Below, piece by piece: positions 52,231-64,000 of a DNA stretch of 64,000 nucleotides. The stretch's first letter is position 1. Each line of letters begins with the position of its first letter. This DNA is from Azolla caroliniana. Lineage: Eukaryota; Plantae; Polypodiophyta. The DNA lies in contig JBHGNT010000010.1 of the NCBI GenBank assembly GCA_043228905.1, forward strand, positions 4,278,001 through 4,342,000, read 5' to 3'. The notes beneath the pieces are model-generated. The model did no database searches. It saw only the letters and a program-made list of their open reading frames with translations, and had not been told where the DNA came from. Made by a program: the position numbers and the translations under genes.

Positions 52231-54479
52231 ATGGTGAAGTTCTTGAAGCCTAACAAGGTCGTCGTTCTCCTGCAAGGTAGATTCGCTGGTCGCAAAGCTG
52301 TGATCGTGAAGAATTTTGACGATGGCACCAACTCTCGACCTTATGGCCACGCTCTCCTTGCTGGCATCGACAAGTACCCTCGCAAGGTTAGTCCTTTTGA
52401 TTTCTCCTGTTCTTCCTTTGTTCATCTTTTTCGTTTTCGTTCCTTCGTTCTTTGATTCCTTGTTTCATTCTAGTTCTTTTTTTTATTCATGCTTACTTTG
52501 CTTGCTTCTTCAATTCTGTGAAATACTGGAATTTCCGAAGTTTCATGGCTAAATGTTTTACACTTTTCTCTCTGGAATGGAAATTAGTTCGTAGCTTAGG
52601 AACTCTTAGTATATACATTTATCCTTCTGAATTACAAACTTTCTGGGTTCTGTTTAGTTCTCATGAAATGCAAAGGTTAGAAACAGCCTGATCTATAGAC
52701 GCGATTTTCGATATCGCAAAAAATGTAAAGGATATAAGATGATTCCCTACGATCTACGTACTTCAGAAGTATTTTGCATTTGTATACACTCCTTATGGAA
52801 TGAGAATGTCAGTAGAACTGGATTGGAGCAGTTATTCTGAAATGCATAGGCTAGTGGTGATAACTTTGTCTTTTCTCTAATGCGTAGTTTAAAGGTGTTA
52901 GTATTTCTTCTGAAATATAAAATATGAAACTGATTACTGTGCATGCATTGAACTTTTAACGTTTGAAGTGCTTACAGCGTAGATGCTTTTTCCTTACGAT
53001 ATACGTTCTTCAGAAGTATTTTGCATCTGCATACATTCCTTATGAAATGAGAATGTCAGTAGAATTGGATTGGAGAAGTTATTCTGAAATGCATAGGCTA
53101 GTGGTGATAACTTTGCCTTTTCTCTAATGCATAGTTTAAAGGTGTTAGTATTTCTTCTGAAATATAAAATATGAAACTGATTAGTCTGTATGCAGTGAAC
53201 TTTGAACATTTGATGTGCTTACAGCGTAGATGTTTTTTCTTGTATGCTCTTTCATGTAGACTTTCCCAGTGAAGAGTCATAGCAGTGTACTGTCTTGATG
53301 AATTTATATTCTAAACTGTCAGTGGAACTGGATTGTTTATGAATTACGTTTTCCTTCTAAGATGCAGAAGTCAGAAAGCATTTGCATCGTTACTCCATTC
53401 CTTATTAAACATAAAGTTTAGAATTTGCCTTGTTTGATATGAGTCTCCCATCTATAATGGTAAGTGCGTGCTATACAGGAGCAGTTATTCTTAAATGCAT
53501 AGACTAGAGGTGATAACTATGAAATATAAAATTGTGAAAGTGATTACTCTCTTATGCGTAGTTTAAAGGAAATTGTGAAACTGATTACTCTGTATGCACT
53601 GAACTGTGAAAGTTTCAAGTGCTTACTGCGTAGATTCTTTTTCTTGTATGCTGTTTCATGTAGACTTTCCTATTGAAGAGTCATAGCAGTTTACTGTCTT
53701 GATGACAGCTATCCTAAACATAATTATGTAAGGATTATTTGGCTGCAAATTATTACCTTGTAAGCTTTTTTCAGGCTTGTCGTGATCATTGTTTCTGAGT
53801 AAAGGAACTCTTCCTGATATAATCTGTGACATGAGCTAGTGTAGCTTTTGTCACAGCTACTCATCATGTCTAGTAATTTTGCATATTCAATGTATATTGA
53901 CACAACTTTTTGTTATGAAGTCTATTGTTTGAATATTCTCAATGGTTCTGTTTTTCCCCCAAACAGGTTATTAAGAAGTTATCCCAGAAGAAAATTGCGA
54001 AACGCTCTAGGTTGAAACCATTTGTAAAGGTTGTAAACTACAATCACATCATGCCTACAAGGTAAAGCATCACCACTCACAAATACATGTTTCCTGCATG
54101 ATAGCGTGATGCCATTTTCTTTCTTTTCATTCCTTCGACCTCTCAACTTATCTTAAGATTGTTGTGACAGGTACACCCTTGATGTTGACCTAAAGAGCGT
54201 TGTGACACCAGACAAACTCGAATCTAAAACAAAGAGAGTAGAAATGAAAAAGGTATTGTTAGATTGCAGTTAGTTGGGGATTGTCATTAGTTTTTAGATC
54301 AGTAATGAGTTATTCATAATGCAGTTTTTTTGTTGTTGAAGCACACTCTCTTTGTTGTAGTCATTTAGATTGTCTTTTTATTGATTATGTGCATTCTCAT
54401 GCAGGAGGCAAAATCAATATTTGAGGAGAGGTTCAAGCTGGGAAAAAATAGGTGGTTTTTCTCTAAGCTACGATTTTAG
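52231..54479 (+). CDS. RPL27: 60S ribosomal protein L27 (eL27), 135 aa, 4 exons
   Basis: Exons 52231-52386, 53967-54061, 54171-54252, 54405-54479 (408 nt). [32 protein letters not shown]|[20 protein letters not shown]|YTLDVD..|..[19 protein letters not shown]. Confidence 0.96.
52745..53710. repeat. 247-bp tandem duplication plus a partial third copy in RPL27 intron 1
   Basis: Units start at ~52748 and ~52995. The 53240-53300 block recurs at 53640-53705, and 53075-53235 recurs rearranged at 53478-53640. Confidence 0.85.
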
Positions 54480-57400
54480 GTTGATTCAATCTGATGATAG
54501 TGAGGCAGACCAACTGTTGTAGTCGTCAAATGATGTTAGGAGTTGGATATTGAATCACAATTTTGCTAAGTTTTCATTATTCTTATTGCAGTTCGAGGCA
54601 TCTATATATTTAATTGTGCATTGAGTGTACTATTATATGATAGTGTCATTATGTTCTGACTTTATAATGCAACCTGCATCAAATTCTGATTAGCCAGTGC
54701 TTCCATTTGTGTCTAAACTGATATGACTATGCTGAGGATTCTATCTCAAGAAAGAAACGTGCAGTGTCTCCACAGAATAATTATTGTATGTTCTGGATGC
54801 CACATTTATTAGCAGAACTGATGTGATGGTATTTCCAATAAATGTAGTATCTTTCTTTGGTTAGGTTGTGTATCTGAGTTGGATGGGGGCAACATTGGAT
54901 GGTATGCATGCTGGGTGATCAGGTCCTTGCAATCTGGAAATGAGTTTCTATAGAGTTCTAGAATTTTGACTTGGTCACGAAGTTAGTTCATACAGTTGAT
55001 GATAATAGAGGTAAAAGCTTAGACACATTGATGAGTAGTTTAATCTCATGAGTCATGACAAGATGCACTCAGTATACTGGTGTTCCTTCATGTTAAACCT
55101 TGCGTTCTCTTGTGATTAATTGGTCACCTCCTCCGGTATATTGTTTGCACTGTTAATGAGTGTATTTTCCAAATAAAGGTTAGAATCTAAACCCTTCTTG
55201 ATACATATGCTGCTGAAGATTTGCCTGTATATTTTTTTGGCTGTTGTACTAAGTCAAATGAGGGCTACGGTGCTTTGGAATGTTAAAAACTAAACTTGCA
55301 TAGGAACAGAGAAGCTAGTCATAATAAGGTCAATGTATTGCTGAAAAATAAACCAAAGACATTGTAATCTAATTCTCCCAGTTTTGTTATGGCTAAAATA
55401 TTTAAGAATGCCACATGCATTCTTGTGTAGCACAATTGAACATTGACCATGATATTATTTGCTTTTTGTCATGTAATGTGAGGCTGTGCAATTTATGGCA
55501 TTGGAAGGTTAAGAGCACCATATGTGTTATTAAGCGAAGAAGAATAAGCAAACCTAGATGGTAATATTCACCCCAAACCCTGAATTTGTATGATAATTTC
55601 TATCAAGATGTTTACTTAGTTATTTTTTGCAGATCTCTAGGTCATCGTTGACCTGGACATAATGGCTGTTATTGTTTATGGTCTTAAGAGTGTGTGAAGT
55701 TGTTCATTGATTCTGCTCACTACACTCACTCTTTGTTCACAACTTCTTAAATCCTCTTGTGTTTGGCCTTCTACTCCTATTTTCTCAAAGCTAGTGTTTG
55801 TAGTGCAACCATTTGAACATTAGGTTTGGTACATTCTTTGTCAAATGTTCACTCATTCTTTCATATCTATTTGCAAGAAACCTTTTGCCTTTTAGCATAC
55901 ATCTCTTCATGCACATAATCATGTAAGTACACAAATTATACGTCCTTCATTTCTCTTCCTAAGAAACCTTTTAACTTCATGAGAAATCTTTTACCTTTTA
56001 GCATATATCTCCTCATGCACATAATTATGTAAGTGCTCAAATTATTCGTCCATTCAACAAATTTCATATCGTCATTTGTATTCAGAACCATGGAAAATCA
56101 ATGTGTTTTTCCTACTTGAACCCTTTGATACCATTTTTATTCTTCTACTCAACACAACTTGTTGCATGCCACTTGGAGTTCTCTTCAATTATATATTTCT
56201 GTTTTAGATATGTGTGATATCTTCTCTTTGGACAATACGAAGGGTGTAATTTCTTCTCTTTTGTGTCATTCTTATACAATAGATGTCATATTACAAATAT
56301 GTCTCATGCTTATCATCACAATTTGTAAGTATCCCAAAGCTTCTTCAAGGAGGATGAGACATTTGCAATACCTTAGAAAGGATTTTAAAAAATAACAACC
56401 AATATCCTAGCTGACATGAATGCTCTCCATTACTCGATATTTGGTTTTACTTTATCATTTGGTATTTGGTGGGGCATAATGTTAAAGGGATCTCTACATG
56501 AGAAGTTGATTCCAAAATGTAGATAGAGTAAAGTAAAAGTAGAATTAACATCAAAGGTCAAGTAAGAGTCAAGCATATATATAAATATATATATCGTGCT
56601 TGATGTGAAATAATGCCATCCCACTGTTATAAACATAGTTGGCTTTGTTGTCACTTTGATAAGGAAGTGGTGGAGATAATGTGGCATAGATAGTGGAAAT
56701 GCATAGGTAGTAGAAATCAATACATGGGTCAAAATGCAAGGGGCATCTATGATCAATACAGTAACCATTCTATTAAGTGCGCATTTTATAGAGGTCAAAA
56801 TCCAGTTCAAATAAATTACATTGTTTCATGACGAAATTACATCAAACCAAGTTGAACTATGTTCAAGACACCCAAAAAATAACAAAAGGAGTTTCTAAAA
56901 AAAATTAAATTAAAAACAATTGTTACATGATGGTGGGTGGGAGTCTGATGAAAACGAAGAGAAAAATGCAATGTAAAAACGAAAACAAATTAAGGAGTGG
57001 TAGACTCTAGTTGTAGCATCAATGCGTATGTTTGAGTGTCATGTGTTCTCTCTCTCTCTCTCTATGTGTGTGTGTGTCTACAGTCCGTGATAAAGAAAAT
57101 AAACTTTCTACTAACCTAATTATCCTTTTCGTTTTCCTGGTGATCTGATTTTGCCCTAAGAAAAAATCTCAAGGCATCCAAGATAACATATGCATTCCTC
57201 AAGCCTAGCAGAAAGGAGAAAACTAAAGGTAATCGGGAATCAGGAAAGAAACAATGCTCAAGAAGAGAGTATGCTGAAACAAGAAATGTTTCAGGTCAAT
57301 TATATCACATAAATTGATCACTTTTCTTATCAAGAATTGTATGGTTAGAGCATAGAGGGGGGAAATTTCAGAAACCCCTAAATTTTTCAGAAAACCCTTA

Positions 57401-58699
57401 AGTGCGCAGCTCGATTAAGTGCACACTTCTTCCTTGTGTTCAAAATGCGCACTTAACCGAATGGTTACTGTATTTGGACTGTGCGAAAGGGAAATTTATA
57501 AGGCAACATATGAAGTATTCAAAAAAGGTTGTTATGGTGGGACTAGAAGGGTTCCTACATATACGGAAAACAAGCCATCAAAAACATTTAAAGAACTTAA
57601 TGTGTGTGTTTTAAGATTGTGGGGTTAAGATAGTTTCCTTTACAAATCTTTTTCTCGGTAGGCTAGAAATCGAAAATGCTCTTATAAATGATGTAATCAC
57701 TTATGTAGGAAAAACTTACCCTTTGAGGGAATTTCTTGCAATAACATTGGTGCAACCATATGAAAAGCCATGTCATAGCCATATTATTAAGAAACAAGAT
57801 ACCCATGGATATAAGAAAGGAATCATTCTTTAGATGTGTGTAGTAGTCAATATGCTTTTAACTTGTTGGAACCTTGAAAGGTGCTCTTGTTTTTTCCTCG
57901 AAGTGTGGCCCTTATGAAACGCGTGACCATATGATTGATTGGTTTTGGTCTTTACCTCTTTTAGAGTCAAGAAAGTATTTCCCACATGCAACCTCATATT
58001 GCATGTCAAAAACAGATTGAGGTTGAACTTTGACTTTTAGTATTAGCCAAAAGACACACTAAGGTTTAGAACTTCCTTGCTCAGAATTAAAAATTTAAGC
58101 CCCAAAACTCATCAGATTATGGCCATTATGCAAGGCCAGGGTCATAATATGTATGTCAAACGGCCTTTGAAGTGGACCAATAAGCATGTTGAAGAGTTTC
58201 ACAAAGGAAGGAGGTAGTAGTTTGATGTAGTTACAATGCATTATCTAGCGTACTCATGATTGGGAAATATGTGTCTATCATGGCAAAACGCCAACCTAGA
58301 AAAATGTTTGCTTATTCAAGTGGAATCAAATTGTGCCATGTGTAAAGCAAATATCCATTTAGTTTCACATGATATATGTAAAGTATTATTCCTTTATTTA
58401 TCGATTTCACATCAGCGAAGAGAAATTGTGAAACAACTTGTAAAATGGCATTATGACATGGGTTGGATGGTATATATTTTCCATGGCTTTTGCCAAACAA
58501 CCTATATACAAGTGAACGTTTTTCAAATTTCCAATTTCAACTCCGCTATTCCATTCTCAAGATTCGCTTTGTGCAAAGGTAAATCACTTATATTGAGTTA
58601 TCACTAGATGTTCGTGCATGTCTTGATCTTGTAAGGCATTTATAAAAGGGATTAATGAAAGACATGGTCACTATATGTACATGATTGAAACATAGTCCT

Positions 58700-59380
58700 C
58701 CTTTTCTGCATAATGAGCAATTGGCCAAAAGGATATGATTTTGATTCATACTTGCAAAACATTAGGTTACATTATAAGTTGGTCTTCTTTATTTTGTACA
58801 CCTAAACTTCCATTGGTATGGACCACATTATCCTATTTGATGGCTATCATGAATCCCAATTTATAAGTTAGTACTCATTATGCTTTACATTTATCCTCAA
58901 CACATTTGGACCACATGAACCCGTATCGGGGTTCTGATGGACGAATAGGAGCATTGATTGTGTGTACATTATTGGACCAATAATTCTCTTTATCATCTCG
59001 TGCGGTGCTAGGTAAACGAATATGACATTGATTCATACTTTCAAAGGGTTGTGTTACAAGTTGGTTCATTTTTCGTTGATGTAAAATTCTACTAATATGG
59101 ACCACATAATCGTATCTACTAATAATCATGAATCCAAGGTTATATTTTTGTTAGTACTTGTTACACTACGTTTTTTGTCCACACACTTGGACCATAATGA
59201 GCCCACCGTGGGGCTACGATGAACCTAACTAGAACATAGATATTGTATATTGAACCCATAATCCTAGTTTGGTTTTGTGAGGTGATAACTAAATCAAGAT
59301 GAAATTGCGTCATACTTACAAAGCACCACGTTGTGCAACGAATTGGTTTGGTTTGGGTGATGTAAAATTCTACTAATGGT
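58700..59380. repeat. Diverged ~250-280 bp tandem repeat
   Basis: GGACCACAT..ATCATGAATCC..TTAGTACT at ~58820 and ~59099; TGATGTAAAATTCTACTAAT at ~59078 and ~59319. Confidence 0.65.
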
Positions 59381-61162
59381 TGTTGTTAATGCAAGGTTAT
59401 AATTATATACTCAATCCACGAAAGATATATCAAATCATAGAGAAGTTACATAAGGGTCTACTTGCTTACACACAAATTGTGTCATGATTCTAGAGCTGTA
59501 AAACAAAAAATGCAAAACCAATGTGGTCACCCATTTAAATTGTTTTTTGCAACTGTAAAGGTGAAGCTCTATGATTTTGGCGAGCGCAGAGGAGAATCAA
59601 AACAAACAACTTAAGAAGGCCAACAAAAGCGACTACCACTTTGCACTTTCCCAAGAAGTAAAGGGCAGAGGTATGGTTAAGCGAATAGGGACATCTTTCT
59701 TAAAAATAGTCGTGGGACCCTCACGTCTTGGCGAAATTTGTCATAAGTATTTTCAATCCACACACATTGATATAGAAAAAAACAGGAAGGAAACATAAAT
59801 TTGCTTGTATTGGAAAAGCTTTATTAGAGGATGATATATCCTTATTTTTTGAGAAAGACTCTCAAACGAGAACATGTACATGTTTCCATGAATCATTACA
59901 AAGAAAAGCGATATATGCGGAACGTTTTCTAGGAGGATCTCTAAATGCCGTAGAAGGGTATGTTGTGTCATAAGGTCCCGAATCACTCATTACACCTCTA
60001 ACCCCAAATTCGTGACAACAAGCATCATATTTAATACCTAGTGATATGGAATCTTGGCCAACTTATAGCTCCCACAGTTCTGAAGTAACGTGTTCGATTT
60101 TATTTTTATAATAGGCCTTTTACACCCCCATAAAGCTATGTTTTTGTGATATTTTCTTCGCTACCTTTACATACAAAATACCATGTTGTTTTATTGGGGA
60201 AATTTCATCCGTTTCCTCCCAATAAGACGATTTCCTTAGATGTGCTAAGTTGGGCAATCTACCCTAAATGAATATATGTGCACACTCACACAAATATATT
60301 TCGACACCATATTTAGGTATAGTACATACCATGTAAATATATGTGCATATACTCAAGATCTACTTATTACATTATTACCTTTAAGCAAATCCATCCTAAA
60401 AAACATGTAACTCATTGATGTAGGGTATGAGACCCATAACTTTAGGCGATACTTAAATGTTCAATTGAAATGTGTGCTTCGTGTGTCAAATAGACTTTTT
60501 TGGGTTGAAGTAATATTGAGGAGCCAATCTAAGGGTTTTGTGCGATAGAGGAATCACAATTTTTTGTAATGCATTTAGGAAGCTTTTACTTAGCTTCATT
60601 CAGCATATTCACTAACCAACACCCAATAAGGAACATACATAAATAATGAGTAGTAGATCTAGATCATGCATTTACTGTCTAACAAATCACACATTAGATC
60701 CTCATCATTATAAATGTAAAATTTCCCATCATTGTTTTGCAAACACGAGTAGTTATGAAACAAGTTCTACAAAGGGCATTACGATCAACCCATATGAATA
60801 GTCTATCAATATATTATTGATTATGCTTTTTCGAAATCAAATTTATATAATGGCATTAGGAATATGGCACATGCAAATCAATGTACACATGTGAGTGTTC
60901 ATAGCTAAAGTGAGACATAAGGTCCCAAGATTTTTCATATCAAAGCACCATTGAGTAATAAATGTAATTATCTTAAGAGTGAAGTGTGCAATCAAGTGTG
61001 TCAATGGCCAATGTGTAGCCGGGGTGATGGGTGCGAGAAAGCGAGGATGCGGGACTCAGTAAGAGATGGGAATGAATGGGATAATCTTGACCATGTGGAG
61101 GAGTGTGTTGTGTGAGGTGGGGAGTTCAAGCTCTTTTTTTTTTTTGGTAAAACCACACAATT

Positions 61163-61164
61163 AC

Positions 61165-61255
<91 letters not shown>

Positions 61256-61365
61256 CTATACGTAATATACATAATATATGATACGTAATATACATAATAT
61301 ATGATACGTAATATACATAATATATTATACGTAGTATACATAGTATATTATACATAATATACATC
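61163..61365. repeat. (ATATAC)n microsatellite followed by ~22-bp tandem repeats
   Basis: Seen directly. It explains the spurious HI/MY/CI dipeptide ORFs. Confidence 0.95.
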
Positions 61366-61459
61366 AACATACTATGTATTCAGGCATGTATATATGTATA
61401 CCTTGAGCATATACATATATAAATACCTCCCTACATATGTACATGTATATACAGGGCAG

Positions 61460-61798
61460 CTTGTGTTGTGGAGACCTATACTGCTCTGCTCTGCTCTGTT
61501 CCTTTCTGTCTCTGTTTCCTATCTTATTCTTATTAATAGTTATATAAACTTTACATACGTATATTGATAATTGTATCAGGTTGTGTTGTGGAGACCTTCT
61601 CTGCTCTGTTCTGTTTCCCTCCCTTCTTATATATATATATATATATATATCTATATTAGGTTGTGTTGTGGAGACCTTCTCTGATCTGCTCCTGTGTTTC
61701 TGTTCCTCTGATCTTATTCTCTATTTTGAGTGTTGTGGAGACCTTCTCTGCTCTGCTCTGTTTCTCTCCCTTATTAATATATATATGTAAATCAATTA

Positions 61799-61835
<37 letters not shown>

Positions 61836-61975
61836 GGTGTGTTGTGGAGACCTTCTTTGCTCTGCCCTGCCCTGCCCTGTTCCTCCCTGTCTCTGTTTCC
61901 CTATCTTCTTCTCATTTTGACCTTCTCTGCTCCTGTGTTTCTGTTCCTCTGATCTTATTCTCTATTTTGAGTGTG
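61460..61975 (+). repeat. Five copies of a GTGTTGTGGAGACC(T) core with CT-rich tails upstream of the ACR gene
   Basis: Core at 61463, 61583, 61663, 61730 and 61839. The block 61687-61732 recurs at ~61927-61972. Confidence 0.9.
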
Positions 61976-62048
61976 TAGTAAGGAGGTATATTTAACAGAT
62001 TGTGTAAGAGAGATCTGCTCTGTGTGTGTGTGTGTGTGTTTTATCTCA

Positions 62049-62115
62049 ATGGACTCTTCCCAAGCAGGCTTTGATGAATACGAGGATTTTGTATGGCGAA
62101 TGAATCCTCCCAGGT

Positions 62116-62153
<38 letters not shown>

Positions 62154-64000
62154 TCATATATCTGATGTCTCCCCCTTCCTCCTCTATATTATTTCTAGGG
62201 TAACTGTGGACAACTTCTCCAGCAACACAGCCACTCTGCTCAAGGTATATATATCCATGCCTCAATACATGGTATGTGTGTGTGTGTGTGTGTGTGTATT
62301 CTTCGTTCTTAAGGTAGTCTATCCCTGCATAAATTTTGAACGCACAGGTGGATAGCCCTAATCGACACAGCATTCTTCTTGAAGTGGTGCAAACCCTCAC
62401 AGATCTTGATCTCAGAATTCACAAAGCTTACATATCCTCTGATGGTGGTTGGTTCATGGATGGTAAGTTTGTTTTGGATGTACAGTATATGTATAAAACT
62501 GTCATTTTGTTTGATCTCAAACCCTGATTTAAGCTTTTGTTTTGCCAGTGTTTCATGTAACTGATACCTGTGGGAGGAAAGTTACTGATGCAGAAACCAT
62601 TGCATTGATAGAAAAGGTTAAATAATTTTCATGGTTCTATTGATGTGATCAGATGATAATCAAGCGACCACGGACAAGCCCTTAGAAGATTAAACACATG
62701 TGGGGATAATATGGAACTATGAATGTTTTTAATCAGGATAGAAGGAACACCCATTTGTTCGAGAATGGCCATGTGAACAGCTGTGATATGGGTGTAGACC
62801 TAGGGTGGTCTAGTGCATAGATAGCTAAAACTTATTGTGGCACACACTTACATATACTTTGTGGGATATACATGTATATATGTCAATGCATGAGATGATG
62901 TAAATGTGCAGGAACCAAGTTTATGTTTAGATGGTTATTTTCAAATTTGAAAAAATTAGTATTTGTTTTTTCATGTAGCGCATATGTGCTAGCCATGAGC
63001 TCTCAAGGAGAAGGGTGGGCATTCTCCCTTGTGAAGTAGAAGCTGAGCACACTGCTATAGAGCTCATTGGCACAGATAGACCAGGGCTTATGTCAGAAAT
63101 CTCAGCCCTTCTATTACATCTAAGATGTAATGTTGTTGGGGCTGAACTTTGGACACATAAGAGGCGTGTCGCTTGCTTGCTTCACGTCACAGATGAAGAA
63201 ACTGGGGGCCCTATTCAAGCACAATCAAAGCTCCAAAGAATCAAAGAGTCCCTTTGCAATGTTTTAAGAGGAGATTGCAAGGACTCTAAAGGTGTGAGAA
63301 CTGATTTTAGTACGTCTGTTACGCATACTGATCGGCGTCTCCACCAGATGATGTTTGCTGATCGAGATTATGAGTCTAGAGAAGAGGGTGAACCATCAGA
63401 GGATCGAGAGCTTAATGGGAAGATCATAGTAGAGGATTGTGATGAGAAAGGGTACTCAGTTGTCCACATTGAGTGCAGAAATCGTCCCAAGCTCGTCTTC
63501 GACACTGTTTGCACGCTGACTGACATGCAATATGTTGTTTTCCATGCCACCATTGATACAAATAGCGAGATGGCTTTTCAAGTATGTATATATAAAAAAC
63601 TGTGCTTTTCTACAGGGGTTGTTGTTGCTTCTGCTTTGAGTTTCTCTATTTATTGGGCTCATAAGAACCTGACTACTTGCTAATTAATCGATGAGTGATT
63701 TGCTAGGAGTACTATATTCGCCACATTGATGGGTGTACGCTTGACTCTGAAGCTGAGAGGAGGAGAGTTGTTCAATGTTTAAGAGCTGCTTTGCAACGCC
63801 GAGTTTCAGAGGTATTTAGCGAAATAAAAGCCTTTTAAAAGATAAAGTCGAATCGTGCTTATTGTCAATGATGTTTAAAAAGCCATATGGTCTTTCTTGT
63901 TTATGGATGTAGGGTGTGAGGCTTGAGTTGTCCACGGGAGATAGAGTTGGTCTCTTATCCGATGTGACAAGGATATTCCGTGAACATGGCCTGTCAGTTT
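62049..64000 (+). CDS. ACR: ACT domain repeat (ACR) protein, 3' end outside the window
   Basis: Exons 62049-62113, 62199-62244, 62348-62462, 62549-62616, 62979-63581, 63707-63811, 63913->64000. Motifs DEYEDFVWRMNPPRVTVDN, VDSPNRHSILLEVVQ..KAYISSDGGWFMDVFHVTD, TAIELIGTDRPGLMSEI, HTDRRLHQMMFADRDYE, RPKLVFDTVCTLTDMQYVVFHA, DRVGLLSDVTRIFRE. Confidence 0.94.

Noticed and set aside
61066-61370. His-Ile, Met-Tyr and Cys-Ile repeat ORFs
   Set aside because: Translations of (ATATAC)n.
61460-61975. CRISPR-like repeat/spacer array
   Set aside because: Eukaryotic context, a 14-bp non-palindromic core, spacers homologous to each other and of low complexity, and no cas genes.

Overview
This is AT-rich eukaryotic nuclear DNA from a land plant: GT-AG spliceosomal introns, plant gene families and plant telo-boxes. 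A fern or other non-seed plant is only a guess. Five host genes are supported: a GALT1-type GT31 galactosyltransferase (-), a TOM1-like VHS/GAT gene (-), histone H2A.X (+), RPL27/eL27 (+) and an ACT-domain-repeat (ACR) gene (+) that runs off the window end. A ~21 kb transposon block lies at about 24-45 kb. It holds a very young but coding-dead chromovirus-type Ty3/Gypsy element, and an LTR-like relic into which a full-length Ty1/Copia and an apparently intact autonomous hAT transposon inserted about 100 bp apart. Also present are a 5'-truncated LINE with TSD, LINE relics, at least two hAT-type MITE families, tRNA-derived SINE-like repeats and many tandem repeats. I found no convincing wholly new biological system. 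The best leads are the intact hAT with related MITEs, tRNA-like heads in convergent arrangement, a Copia whose LTRs are identical in one half and diverged in the other, and one MITE family shared by two neighbouring promoters. All coordinates were read by eye; no searches or alignments were run.
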